From assembly GCA_031549385.1 (NCBI GenBank), contig JAVBPW010000004.1, forward strand, positions 1 through 64,000: a DNA stretch of 64,000 bases. Direction: 5' to 3'. This DNA comes from Alphaproteobacteria bacterium. Its GTDB lineage: Bacteria; Pseudomonadota; Alphaproteobacteria; Rs-D84; SZUA-605. Position 1 is the first letter of the stretch. Every line of letters begins with the position of its first letter. Below, one piece after another: positions 47,951 through 57,865 of the stretch. The translations under genes and the position numbers were made by a program. A model generated the notes under the pieces. It did no database searches. It was not told the origin of the DNA and saw nothing but the letters and a program-made list of their open reading frames with translations.

Positions 47951-48625
47951 CTATTTAACTAATTTTTCTAATATTTGTTGATTGCCAAGAAGATTTGTTC
48001 CAGCATCTTTAAATGAGCCAGATGTATTAAGAGTGTCAGTAATCATTTCCATTCCAGAAATTCCAGAGCTTTTTAAAACTTTTTCTAAAACTCCACCCCA
48101 GACTTTAACTTTTTTAAATGTACATGTACTTTTTTGTGCTTTAGTAATTAATTTTTTTTCATCATCAGATAAAGATGACGACCATAGATAAGATAACTGT
48201 TGGGCAACTCTAGCAACTTCTCCACTATCTTCAGCAAAAGTTGAAAAAGGTTTAAGATCAATTTCTCCTGGCTTGAATTCTATTTTTTCAGGAGCTCCTT
48301 TTTTTTCAGAAGATTTTTTGATTTCTCTATTTTCAACATTTTTTGTAATCTCTTGTTGAATTCTTAATCCACTCATAACTTCTCCAGTTCCGCCGCCTTT
48401 AAGTTTTAATTCTGAATTATATTCCAAAGCAAGATAATAAACTGTTCCAATTTCTGTTTCAGAAAATACGCAATCTTCATTAGATTGTTTTAAATTAGAC
48501 GCAGTAGACTTCATTTCTTCAACATAGCCCATACCTTTAACTAAAAGTTCTGCATCAATTTGTGCAAACCCTGAATTAATAGGCAAAATTGCAGCTAATA
48601 AAGATAAAAAAGCTATTTTTTTCAA
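47951..48625 (-). CDS. Hypothetical exported protein
   Basis: TTG start with GAGAGGG SD, signal peptide ending GFA-Q. Confidence 0.7.
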   Translation of the reverse strand: MKKIAFLSLLAAILPINSGFAQIDAELLVKGMGYVEEMKSTASNLKQSNEDCVFSETEIGTVYYLALEYNSELKLKGGGTGEVMSGLRIQQEITKNVENREIKKSSEKKGAPEKIEFKPGEIDLKPFSTFAEDSGEVARVAQQLSYLWSSSLSDDEKKLITKAQKSTCTFKKVKVWGGVLEKVLKSSGISGMEMITDTLNTSGSFKDAGTNLLGNQQILEKLVK

Positions 48626-48737
48626 ATCAAACCCTCTCTGACAGATATTATATCACAAAATTAGTCTAAAATTAAGCAAAAAATCAAAAAGGGCAAAATA
48701 TATTGTTTTTAGCAAATATTCAATCTATAATAAGGAC

Positions 48738-51392
48738 ATGGACAAGAGAAAATTATATTTAATAGACGCATCATCATTTATTTGGCGAGCTTTTTACGGA
48801 CTGCCGCTTTTAACTAATTCAAAGGGTGCTTATGTTAATGCAATAACGGGTTTTGGTACAATGATAGTAAGTTTTCTAACCAGTAAAAAGATAATAGAAA
48901 ACGGAGATAAAGTTTTAATAATCTTTGATGCAGATCGTAATAATTTTCGCCACGAAATTTATCCAGAATATAAAGGTAACCGCAAAGAGCCTCCAAAAGA
49001 AATAGTCCCGCAATTTGCTATAATAAAAGATATGGTAAAAGCGTTTGATTTACCTTCATTAGAAATCCTAGGTGTAGAAGCAGACGATTTAATAGCTTCA
49101 TATGCAAAAAAAGCCAAAGAAACAGGGCAGGATGTAGTAATAATTTCATCAGATAAAGATTTGATGCAATTAATCAATGGTCATATAAAAATGTATGACC
49201 CTATGAAAGATAAGTCTTATGAGATTGAAGATGTTATTGAAAAGTTTGGAGTAACTCCAGATCAAGTAGTAACCTATCAAGCAATCACGGGTGATGCTTC
49301 AGATAACATTCCAGGTATTCCGGGTCTTGGTCCAAAAGCTGCTCAAAGTTTAATTCAAGAATATAGTACATTAGATAATATTTTTGCAAATATTGATAAA
49401 ATTACACCTATCTCAAAAAGGGAAAAAATCATAAATGGAAAAGAAAGTGCATTGATCTCGTATAGGTTAGCAATGTTAAAAAATGACATAGATTTACCTA
49501 TTAAAATAGACTCCATAGAAGAGATTCATTTCAACGAAGAAAATGTAATAAAGTTTTGTGAAGTTTATGGTTTAAACAAGGTAAAAACCACAGTGTTAAA
49601 ACTAATGAATACAAAAAGTCGACAAACAAATATAATTTATAAATCAAATAGATATGATAAAGACATAAAGGAAATTATAAACTTTAAAAAAGTCCATATT
49701 TATCCGTTTTTCGACAATAAAAAAATCTTTGAAAAAGGTCTTTCAGGACTAAGTATTTGTGATGACGTAAGTTCTTATTTTATACCTTTAAAAAAGTTAG
49801 GTCAAAAAGATTTATTTGCAGGTGATGATGATAATTTTAATGATGAATTAAATAAAGAGAGTATAAAAATTTTCTTAAAATCTCTTTTTGAAGACAATTC
49901 AATACAAAAGATAATTTATGATACAAAAACATTGTTTCATGCACTATCAAATGAGTATAATATAACTATAAATAATTATGAAGATGTTCATACTTTATTG
50001 TTTTCTGTTTTTGGTTTATCAAAAGGAATTGATTTTGAAACTTCTGCATTAAACATAACTCAAAGAACAATAGAAAAACAATATTCAGATAATAAAAAAG
50101 ATTTCGAAAATCTTTCACAAAATTCTGCAACTGTAAAAAATGTTTATGATTTTATTATAGATAAAATTTCAAACAATCCAGAACAAGAAAAATTATATAA
50201 AGTGGTAGATAAACCATTAATAGAAATTTTATTTAAAATGGAACAACAAGGTATCTTTTTTAATAAAGAAACGTTAAATGATTTAAAATCAGACTTTTCA
50301 AAAAGTTTATCATTATTGCAAGATGAAATTTATAAATTATCAGGTGAAGAATTTAATATAGCATCTCCAAAACAACTAGGTGAAGTGTTATTTGAAAAGA
50401 TGAAATTACCTTATTCAGGAAAGAAAAAAGATAATTATGAAACAGGGGTAAAACAGCTAAGCCTTTTATCGGAACAAGGATATAAAATAGCTGATTTACT
50501 GCTAGATTATCGTGCATTATCAAAACTTATATCAACATACACTCAAACTTTAATAGATGAAATTTCACCATCAGATAAAAGAATTCATACAACATTTTTA
50601 CAAAACAATGTAAACACAGGAAGGTTAGCTTCAGTTAATCCTAATTTACAAAATATTCCAATAAAAACGGAGTTAGGAAAAAGTATAAGAAAAGCATTTG
50701 TATCTAAAGAAGGTTACTCATTAATCAGCTGTGATTATTCACAAATCGAACTTAGAATTATGGCGCATATAGCAAATGTAAAAAATCTAATTACAGCATT
50801 TGATAATAATGAAGATATTCACACATCAACAGCAAAGAAGATTTTCAAAAAAGATGAAGTAGGTCCAACAGAAAGACGTTTTGCAAAAACAATAAATTTT
50901 GGAATAATTTATGGGATGTCATCATTTGGTTTATCTCAAAGTTTAAACATATCAAGAGAAGATGCAAAAGAATTTATAGATAAATATTTTGAAATCTATC
51001 CGGAAATTTTAACATATATGAAATCAAAACAAGAAGAAGCAAAAAACAATGGCTATGTGGAAACATTGTTTCACAGAAGATGTTTCTTTGGTACAGGTTC
51101 AAATGAGGGTTTGAATTATGTAAACCGTGCAGCTATAAATGCGCCAATCCAGGGAACTGCTGCAGACCTTCTTCGTATGGTAATGAACAAATTACCATCT
51201 AAGTTAGAAGAAAAGGGTTTATCAGCCAAATTACTCCTCCAAATCCATGACGAATTGGTTTTGGAAGTAAAAGATGAGGAAATAGAAGCTACAAAAGAGG
51301 TTTTAAAGGAAGTTATGGAAAATATAGTAACTCTAGCAGTTCCGCTTAAAATCGACTCTTCTTCTGGCAAAACTCTATATGATATACATTAA
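48738..51392 (+). CDS. polA: DNA polymerase I
   Basis: LIDASSFIWRAFY, EADDLI, GDASDNIPG, NLQNIP, DYSQIELR, AKTINFGIIYG, QIHDEL. Confidence 0.98.
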   Translation: MDKRKLYLIDASSFIWRAFYGLPLLTNSKGAYVNAITGFGTMIVSFLTSKKIIENGDKVLIIFDADRNNFRHEIYPEYKGNRKEPPKEIVPQFAIIKDMVKAFDLPSLEILGVEADDLIASYAKKAKETGQDVVIISSDKDLMQLINGHIKMYDPMKDKSYEIEDVIEKFGVTPDQVVTYQAITGDASDNIPGIPGLGPKAAQSLIQEYSTLDNIFANIDKITPISKREKIINGKESALISYRLAMLKNDIDLPIKIDSIEEIHFNEENVIKFCEVYGLNKVKTTVLKLMNTKSRQTNIIYKSNRYDKDIKEIINFKKVHIYPFFDNKKIFEKGLSGLSICDDVSSYFIPLKKLGQKDLFAGDDDNFNDELNKESIKIFLKSLFEDNSIQKIIYDTKTLFHALSNEYNITINNYEDVHTLLFSVFGLSKGIDFETSALNITQRTIEKQYSDNKKDFENLSQNSATVKNVYDFIIDKISNNPEQEKLYKVVDKPLIEILFKMEQQGIFFNKETLNDLKSDFSKSLSLLQDEIYKLSGEEFNIASPKQLGEVLFEKMKLPYSGKKKDNYETGVKQLSLLSEQGYKIADLLLDYRALSKLISTYTQTLIDEISPSDKRIHTTFLQNNVNTGRLASVNPNLQNIPIKTELGKSIRKAFVSKEGYSLISCDYSQIELRIMAHIANVKNLITAFDNNEDIHTSTAKKIFKKDEVGPTERRFAKTINFGIIYGMSSFGLSQSLNISREDAKEFIDKYFEIYPEILTYMKSKQEEAKNNGYVETLFHRRCFFGTGSNEGLNYVNRAAINAPIQGTAADLLRMVMNKLPSKLEEKGLSAKLLLQIHDELVLEVKDEEIEATKEVLKEVMENIVTLAVPLKIDSSSGKTLYDIH

Positions 51393-51467
51393 TTAGTTGA
51401 CAATTTAACAAATTTTTCTTATATTAGGTTTAAACTTAAAATAAGTAATAAATTTAAACCTATAGTT

Positions 51468-51947
51468 ATGTATAATAAAGAATATTTCGAGCAAATGTTT
51501 GGAGTTGATTCAAGATTTGTGGTAGAATGGGTAGTAATTGTTTCTATCGGAAAAGAAAAAATTTTTGGAACAACTCTTCTTTCTGATTATCCGTTAAATA
51601 TTATGCGGTATCAAGAAACTGATCATTATGAAGTAGGGCAAAAAATTCCCTGCTTAATGCGAAAACAAAATGGGCAATATCCTGAGTATGTTGTTCCTAT
51701 CGAAAAAATCAAAAAGTTCCGTCGGGAAGGTTGCGAGGAAGAAAATGGTTCAATAGTGTTTGAGGATGATGAAAGAGATCTTTTTTATCTTTGGTTTGAT
51801 GATCCGGAAATGAAAAAAGTTTCTTCCGTATGGACAGATTATAAAATTGATAAAGATCTTCCTTTGTTTCCAATTGTTTGTGTATCTCCAACGGAATGTT
51901 TTGTCATAGATGACAGGCGTATTGTTGCCGCGCTAACTGATTGGTAA
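51468..51947 (+). CDS. Hypothetical protein (SD-less orphan class)
   Basis: 159-aa ORF with TTGACA promoter-like sequence, AAACTTAAA at 51432-51440, terminator at 51966-51990. Confidence 0.7.
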   Translation: MYNKEYFEQMFGVDSRFVVEWVVIVSIGKEKIFGTTLLSDYPLNIMRYQETDHYEVGQKIPCLMRKQNGQYPEYVVPIEKIKKFRREGCEEENGSIVFEDDERDLFYLWFDDPEMKKVSSVWTDYKIDKDLPLFPIVCVSPTECFVIDDRRIVAALTDW

Positions 51948-51979
51948 TTTTCAAAATTTACGTATAAAAGCTGAGATTT

Positions 51980-53779
51980 TCAGCTTTTTTTATTATATTG
52001 ATTATCAAAAAACTTCTTTATATTTTCAGCAATATTTTTTGAAATCCCATTAACTTTCATAAGTTCAGAAATGCTAGCTTCTTTAATGTTTACAACACTT
52101 CCAAAATAATTCATTAAAGCTTTTCTCTTTCCGTCTCCTATACCTTCAATCTTATCAAGTTCAGAAGTAAAATTAGTTTTCATTCTTTTCTTTTGATTTC
52201 GAGTAATAGCAAATCTATGAACTTCATCACGCAATCTTTCTAAAAATAAAAGTTGTGGAGTTCCTTTTTCATATTTAATAGTTTCTCCATTACTTAAGTA
52301 AATAGTTTCATCACGAGAATTTCGAGTTTCACCTTTAGCAATACATGCAATAAGTATATCTAATTTTAATTCATCTAAAACGAGCTTTACTGCATTAAGT
52401 TGTGTTCGACCTCCATCTATTAAAATAAGATCAGGAAGTCTTTCTTTTTTCTGATAACGTCTAAAAATAGTTTCATTCATCATCTTTAAATCATCTCCAT
52501 TGGTAGAAGATGATAAGTTGTAATATCTGTAATCATTCTTACTAAACTTCTCATTACTAAAAACAATCATAGCTCCAATTGGACTAGTCTTTGCCAAATG
52601 AGAATTATCAAAAACTTCAATTTTTGCCAAATTGGACTTCGTTTTAAAATCATCTTTTATTAAATTAAGTGTAAATTTTAACTCTTTGATAGATAAAGAT
52701 TTTTCATCTAACAGTCTTTTAGCATTTTCTTCATATTGTTTCATAAATTCTAATTTTGTACTTGTCTTAGGAACAAGGATTTGCACTTTAAGTGCATCCT
52801 CTAAAAGTTTATGATTTTCTACTTCTTTATTAACATATATTGTCTTAGGTAAAAGATTGGTTTTATAAAATTGAGATATAAATTGTTCTAAAATTTCTCC
52901 TTCAGACAAGTCATCAATTTGTTTAGGGAAAAATTTATCAAATCCCTTAAAAAATCCGTTTTCAAAAAAGTTAGCAACTATACAACATTTGTCTTCATCT
53001 TTATAAATACAAAAAACATGTGCATTTTCTTTTTTGAAAACATTAACTAAACTTGTTCCAATAATATTATTAATAGATTTAATTTTATCTCGAATATTTC
53101 CTGCTTTTTCAAATTCCATATTTTTACTAAAACAATTCATTTGTTCTATAAGGTCAGTTTTTAAGTTATCGTTTTTACCTTTTAAAAAATCAATAGCATC
53201 TTTAACATTTCTTTTATAGTCTTCTTCTGAAATCATGTCACAGCAAGGTCCAGAGCATTTTTTTATTTGATATAATAAGCATGGTCTAACTCTATTTTTA
53301 AAAAAGTTATTATTACATGTTCTTATACCAAAAACTGTTTGTAAAATTTTCATAACTTCATCAACAGAAGCAATGGATGCAAAAGGTCCAAAATATGTAA
53401 CTCCTTTTACATTGCCTCTATATTTAGAAATTCGTGGAAACTTATCATCGGTGAAAATAATATAAGGATATGTTTTATCGTCCATCAATAAAATATTATA
53501 AGGTGGTTCAAATTTTTTAATTAAATCACCTTCAAGTATAAATGCTTCTTCTTCTGATTTAGTAACAATAGTTTCAATATTAACAGTCTTAGAAATCATA
53601 ACTTGATTTTTATAAACCAGGTTATTGTATTGCAAATAGGATTTAAGTCTTTTTTGTAAATTTTTAGCCTTTCCGACATACAAAATAGCATTGTTTTTAT
53701 CAAGCATTTGATAAACGCCACTTTTGGTAGAGGCGTTATCTATGATTTTTTTTAAAATTTCCAGGTTCTTTTTAATCAT
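51980..53779 (-). CDS. uvrC: Excinuclease ABC subunit C
   Basis: GVYQM, YVGKAKNL, PPYNI..DDKTYP, FDNSH, LIDGG, LRDEVHRFAI, HhH. Confidence 0.97.
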   Translation of the reverse strand: MIKKNLEILKKIIDNASTKSGVYQMLDKNNAILYVGKAKNLQKRLKSYLQYNNLVYKNQVMISKTVNIETIVTKSEEEAFILEGDLIKKFEPPYNILLMDDKTYPYIIFTDDKFPRISKYRGNVKGVTYFGPFASIASVDEVMKILQTVFGIRTCNNNFFKNRVRPCLLYQIKKCSGPCCDMISEEDYKRNVKDAIDFLKGKNDNLKTDLIEQMNCFSKNMEFEKAGNIRDKIKSINNIIGTSLVNVFKKENAHVFCIYKDEDKCCIVANFFENGFFKGFDKFFPKQIDDLSEGEILEQFISQFYKTNLLPKTIYVNKEVENHKLLEDALKVQILVPKTSTKLEFMKQYEENAKRLLDEKSLSIKELKFTLNLIKDDFKTKSNLAKIEVFDNSHLAKTSPIGAMIVFSNEKFSKNDYRYYNLSSSTNGDDLKMMNETIFRRYQKKERLPDLILIDGGRTQLNAVKLVLDELKLDILIACIAKGETRNSRDETIYLSNGETIKYEKGTPQLLFLERLRDEVHRFAITRNQKKRMKTNFTSELDKIEGIGDGKRKALMNYFGSVVNIKEASISELMKVNGISKNIAENIKKFFDNQYNKKS

Positions 53780-53848
53780 TTTTTCTTTATTTCTCGGCTA
53801 TTTTGTGGTATAATGTGACCATCATCACAATAACTATAGGAGAAAGAA

Positions 53849-54319
53849 ATGGTAAAATCAACAAGAGAATCAGGAAGAACTATGATTGAAACACTGGGTG
53901 TGTTGGCTATCATAGGTATTTTAACAATCGGATCAATTGGATTATATTCGATAGCGATGCGTCAGCTTAATCGTTCACAAGCTGTTCAAGACGTTCAATT
54001 GCTCGTTCAACAAATTCGTTCAGTTTTTTCAGGTGCTGAAGATTACAGTCGTGTAGACAGTGGTATTATTATAGCATCTGGTTTAAAAGAAGCTAATCCA
54101 TTTGGTGGAAAATATGTAGTTACTCCAGGAAAAACTGATACAAAGACATTTGATATTCAAATGACAGGTTTAGGAAAATCAGACTGTGAATACTTTAAAA
54201 TATACAATTGGGAAGATTCTGTAGAACATCAGAAGACAAAACAAGGCGGAGCAACAGCTCAACCAGTTAACTGTAATGATGCAAACAGTCAAAACATAAT
54301 AACTATTACATACAGATAG
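53849..54319 (+). CDS. Type IV prepilin-like protein
   Basis: ESG|RTMIETLGVLAIIGIL class III signal (G-1, E+5); NPFGG and C-terminal Cys pair as in PilS-like pilins. Confidence 0.8.
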   Translation: MVKSTRESGRTMIETLGVLAIIGILTIGSIGLYSIAMRQLNRSQAVQDVQLLVQQIRSVFSGAEDYSRVDSGIIIASGLKEANPFGGKYVVTPGKTDTKTFDIQMTGLGKSDCEYFKIYNWEDSVEHQKTKQGGATAQPVNCNDANSQNIITITYR

Positions 54320-54389
54320 TAGTTTATTAAAAAATAAGAGGTAGGCCAAAAGCTTGCCTTTTTTATTTAATTTATGATATAATCAACCT

Positions 54390-55748
54390 ATGGAAATCAA
54401 AATAGACAGTTTTAGTGGCTCAAAGAAACCGTTCTCTCATCAAGTTCAAACTGCTGAGTTTTTAATCAATCAAAAGAAATGTTTGTGTTTAAATGGAATT
54501 GGAAGCGGCAAAACTCTTTCAACTTATTGGGCTCTTGATTATCTTATAAGTCATGGCTTAGCAAAAAAAGTATTGGTTCTGACAACATTATCAACAATAA
54601 TAGATACTCATTATCAAACTTTAGCGGATCAATTTCCTCATCTTTTTGTAACTTACAGTTTTGGAAAGAAAGAAGATAAAGTAAAAGCGTTAAGAAAAAG
54701 TGCTAATGTTTATATATTGAATCATGACTCTGCAAGAACGATGTTTACAGAAATAATGGAAGCAAATTTTGATGTAGTAATAGTAGATGAAGTGTCATTA
54801 TTTAAAAACCGCACAAGCTTACGTACTAAGTGTTTAAGAAAGATAGTTAGATCAAAAAATTGCAATTATTTTTGGGGGTTAACTGGAACTCCGTGTGCGA
54901 ATAATAATCCTATTAATGCATGGACATTAAAAGATATATTTTCAGATCCAGATATTAATTTTATGAAATTTAGATATCAAACAATGATAGCAATTCAAAA
55001 AAGAAATTCATGGATAAAATTTTATAAACCAAAACCAAACATTCAAAACGATATAATAAATATTTTGCAACCATCAATAAGAATAGAGCCGCCAGCAGAA
55101 TTTTTTATTGAAGAATTACCGCCAGAATTAAGATACTGTCCTTTATCAGAAGAATTCAGGGCAGAGTATAATGATGTGTTAAAATCAATGCAGGCAACTA
55201 AAAACAATCCAGATGCTTTGTCTGCTCAATTTATAAAATTACGTATGTTGCAATGTGGGTATTCTAAGGATAAAGAGTTAGTAAATTTCACATCTAAAAT
55301 AGAAGAATGTAAAAACATAATAGACGACTCTGAAAACAAAATAATTATCTTTTGTCCATACATAGAACCGCTAAAGCAAACACAAAAAGAATTGTCAAAA
55401 CAATACGATACGACTTGTATATATGGTGATACTTCAGCAGAAGAAAGAGCTAAAATTTTTGCAGAATTTCAAAATTCTGACAAGTATAAAGTGTTGGTTG
55501 CTCACCCAAACTGTATGGCTCATGGTATAACTTTAACCAGAGCTAATATAGTAATCTATTTTTCTCCACCAAATGGTACGGAAATATATATTCAATCAAA
55601 GGGAAGGGTAAAAAGATATGGGCAAAAGTTTCCAATAAAGATAGTTCAATTGTATTCAAGTTTAATTGAAAAGAAAATGTACTACAAGTTAGATAATAAT
55701 GAAGATTTCCAAAATGATATATTGGAATTAATTCAAAATAAAGAATAA
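54390..55748 (+). CDS. SNF2-like superfamily 2 helicase (phage-type)
   Basis: GIGSGKT, VIVDE, LTGTP, HGITLT, QSKGRVKRYGQ motifs. Confidence 0.88.
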   Translation: MEIKIDSFSGSKKPFSHQVQTAEFLINQKKCLCLNGIGSGKTLSTYWALDYLISHGLAKKVLVLTTLSTIIDTHYQTLADQFPHLFVTYSFGKKEDKVKALRKSANVYILNHDSARTMFTEIMEANFDVVIVDEVSLFKNRTSLRTKCLRKIVRSKNCNYFWGLTGTPCANNNPINAWTLKDIFSDPDINFMKFRYQTMIAIQKRNSWIKFYKPKPNIQNDIINILQPSIRIEPPAEFFIEELPPELRYCPLSEEFRAEYNDVLKSMQATKNNPDALSAQFIKLRMLQCGYSKDKELVNFTSKIEECKNIIDDSENKIIIFCPYIEPLKQTQKELSKQYDTTCIYGDTSAEERAKIFAEFQNSDKYKVLVAHPNCMAHGITLTRANIVIYFSPPNGTEIYIQSKGRVKRYGQKFPIKIVQLYSSLIEKKMYYKLDNNEDFQNDILELIQNKE

Positions 55749-55777
55749 AAAAGGTTAGAAAATTTCTAACCTTTTTT
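55748..55777. terminator. Bidirectional intrinsic terminator
   Basis: AAAAAGGTTAGAAA-a-TTTCTAACCTTTTTT. Confidence 0.8.
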
Positions 55778-55923
55778 ATTTAAAGCTTCTTGGGTCTTTT
55801 AAAAATTCATCATACTTTAAAGTAAATATTGTTTTGAAATCTGGTTTTTTAAAAACTGCATCAACAAATTTATAAAATTAATTTAATTAAAATTCTAATA
55901 TGAAATTATTGATTGTCAATTGA

Positions 55924-56487
55924 TTATTTAAGGTATTCGCTGAGTTTAGCTAAAACTTTATTTAAAGTGATAAATGTAGGTTCATCATGAGTTTCCACAA
56001 CTATATCTGCTTCTTGATAAACGGGGTATCTCATTTCAATTAATTTTTGTAAAATCTTTCGTGGTTTATCACGCAAAAGAATAGGGCGTCCATCTTTACG
56101 ATTTGTGCGTTTTACAAGTAAATCTAAATCAGCTTTAAGCCAAATAGAAATTCCATTCTTTTTTATAATAGCTCTAGTATTTTTATTAATGAATGCTCCT
56201 TCACCAGTTGAAAGAATTTTTATTAAAGGTGGTGTTTCGATAACGCGTCTAACTACGCTAGTTTCTCCCTTTCGAAAGTATTCTTCACCATGCATAGAAA
56301 ATATATCGGAAATGGAAAGTCCTGAAGCTTTTTCAATCTCATGATCTGAATCCATAAATACAAGGTCTAATTTAGTTGCAAGTTTTTTTCCAATGGAAGT
56401 TTTACCTGCTCCCATTAAGCCTACTAATATAATAGGTTTGTTAATCTTACGCTTTAATTCCTCTAAATTAAATTGTGTTTCAGTCAT
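55924..56487 (-). CDS. aroK: Shikimate kinase
   Basis: LVGLMGAGKTSIG, DSD..IE, GEEYFR..E, RPIL, RYPVY; start moved to MTETQ. Confidence 0.94.
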   Translation of the reverse strand: MTETQFNLEELKRKINKPIILVGLMGAGKTSIGKKLATKLDLVFMDSDHEIEKASGLSISDIFSMHGEEYFRKGETSVVRRVIETPPLIKILSTGEGAFINKNTRAIIKKNGISIWLKADLDLLVKRTNRKDGRPILLRDKPRKILQKLIEMRYPVYQEADIVVETHDEPTFITLNKVLAKLSEYLK

Positions 56488-56554
56488 AAAAATGATTATA
56501 GAATATAAATGAAAAAAAATCAATTAAAAGCTTTGTATTAAAAGAAGAAATGTG

Positions 56555-56845
56555 TTATATGGTTTTATTTTTTCTTATCCAAATCCACTTTTCTTCAGGA
56601 AGCCATCCTTGGTAGTTTCCTGTAGAAATGTCAATGTTTGAAATAAAAAATCTATTATTTGGTAACGCTTTTTTAAATCTTTCATATAATACATTTATTT
56701 CAGTGTTAGAGGTTAGTAAATAAACACCGGGTACAATACGTAGCCAATTTAAACACATATCTAGTTTTTGTTTTAATATCTCGGTGCTATAAATCTGTGT
56801 AGTGTCTATAGTTAGGATTAAATTTCTTTTATTTACCATTTTCAA
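56555..56845 (-). CDS. Small Cas2/VapD-like ferredoxin-fold protein
   Basis: LILTID...W.RI..GVYLL......LY..F...L...RFFI......YQGWL....W.WI pattern; overlaps upstream gene. Confidence 0.5.
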   Translation of the reverse strand: MKMVNKRNLILTIDTTQIYSTEILKQKLDMCLNWLRIVPGVYLLTSNTEINVLYERFKKALPNNRFFISNIDISTGNYQGWLPEEKWIWIRKNKTI

Positions 56846-57236
56846 CCTCTTGTTTATCTGGATTTAAATGAGTTAAATTTGTAATTTCCATAGCTGGTAG
56901 TTCTTGGTGTTTTGTTGGGTTTAAATAAATATCTCCATTTTTATTATCTGGCATTCCTTGTTCAAGTATAGTCATTCGTTCAATATGTTTTTCACTTTGT
57001 AATCTTTTAGGGTCTTTTATTGCAAACCATATTCCTATAAAAGTTATTAGTATTATTGATAATAGTAAAATTATTACAGCAATTATTTGTATAAAAAGAA
57101 TGTTTACACATATTAATAGTATAGTCATTAATAAGGAAATGCCTAACCCGTATTGAACAAAACTGGTTAACACATTTTTTTGTTCTCGTACATTGAAAGC
57201 TACACCTTGTTTTATATTTAATCCAAACTTGGTCAT
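56829..57236 (-). CDS. Two-TM membrane protein with DPxRLQSE motif
   Basis: Two hydrophobic helices followed by KDPKRLQSEKH. Confidence 0.7.
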   Translation of the reverse strand: MTKFGLNIKQGVAFNVREQKNVLTSFVQYGLGISLLMTILLICVNILFIQIIAVIILLLSIILITFIGIWFAIKDPKRLQSEKHIERMTILEQGMPDNKNGDIYLNPTKHQELPAMEITNLTHLNPDKQEVENGK

Positions 57237-57327
57237 TTATTGCCTTTTATCTAAATTTTAATGTTTAAAATCATATTAAAATATAGATATTTAAAAATCA
57301 ATTATAAAATGTTTGAGGTAAAATGGA

Positions 57328-57377
57328 GGCGGCACTTTTTTCGTTTAGGGAAGGGAAGGAGAAAAAGAAATGCCGCC
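57328..57377. other. GC-rich hairpin with purine-rich (+) / anti-SD-like (-) loop; candidate sRNA
   Basis: GGCGGCA...TGCCGCC stem enclosing AGGGAAGGGAAGGAGA. Confidence 0.4.
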
Positions 57378-57406
57378 ATATGTTTGCAAGGATAATATAG
57401 TGATGA

Positions 57407-57718
57407 TTAATCACTTTCTCCATGCTCAATTAAAAAATTACATTCATCAATTAAAAATGATGTAATTTTACCTAAACTTTCTGTATTTATTCTGTAAGTT
57501 ATTGTTTTACCGATTTTTTCAGAATTAACAAGTCCAGAATTTTCAAGTTCTTTTAAGTGGAAAGAGAGTGTTCCTGATGAAATATTAACTTTTTTAAGCA
57601 AATCAGAAGGTTTAAGCCCTTCGTCATTAGCTTTAATAAGTAAGCGAAAGATAATAAATCTTGTTTCTTGAGCAAGATTATTAAAAATCTTTATAAGACT
57701 GATATTGTTATTTTTCAT
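57407..57718 (-). CDS. ArsR/SmtB family transcriptional regulator
   Basis: LAQETRFIIFRLL, TLSFHLKELENSGLV, FLIDEC. Confidence 0.9.
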   Translation of the reverse strand: MKNNNISLIKIFNNLAQETRFIIFRLLIKANDEGLKPSDLLKKVNISSGTLSFHLKELENSGLVNSEKIGKTITYRINTESLGKITSFLIDECNFLIEHGESD

Positions 57719-57779
57719 CTCCCATTCCTTTTAATAATTTACTTATAAAGCAGAGTCGTGAAAAAGTCAAGTACTATTT

Positions 57780-57865
57780 TACAAATATATAATTTTATAA
57801 TAAAATAATCATATAATAATATAATTTTAAATATATATAACTATACAAATATATAATTTTATAAT
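57780..57865 (+). repeat. 22-bp direct repeat in the AT-rich intergenic region
   Basis: TACAAATATATAATTTTATAAT at 57780-57801 and 57844-57865. Confidence 0.7.

Noticed and set aside
41388-55748. Prophage
   Set aside because: MuF-like, lysozyme and SNF2 genes are scattered among tRNA-Glu, polA and uvrC; no integrase, terminase, portal, capsid or tail genes.
56555-56845. CRISPR-Cas system based on the Cas2-like ORF
   Set aside because: No cas1, effector genes or array; the similarity is at fold-pattern level only.
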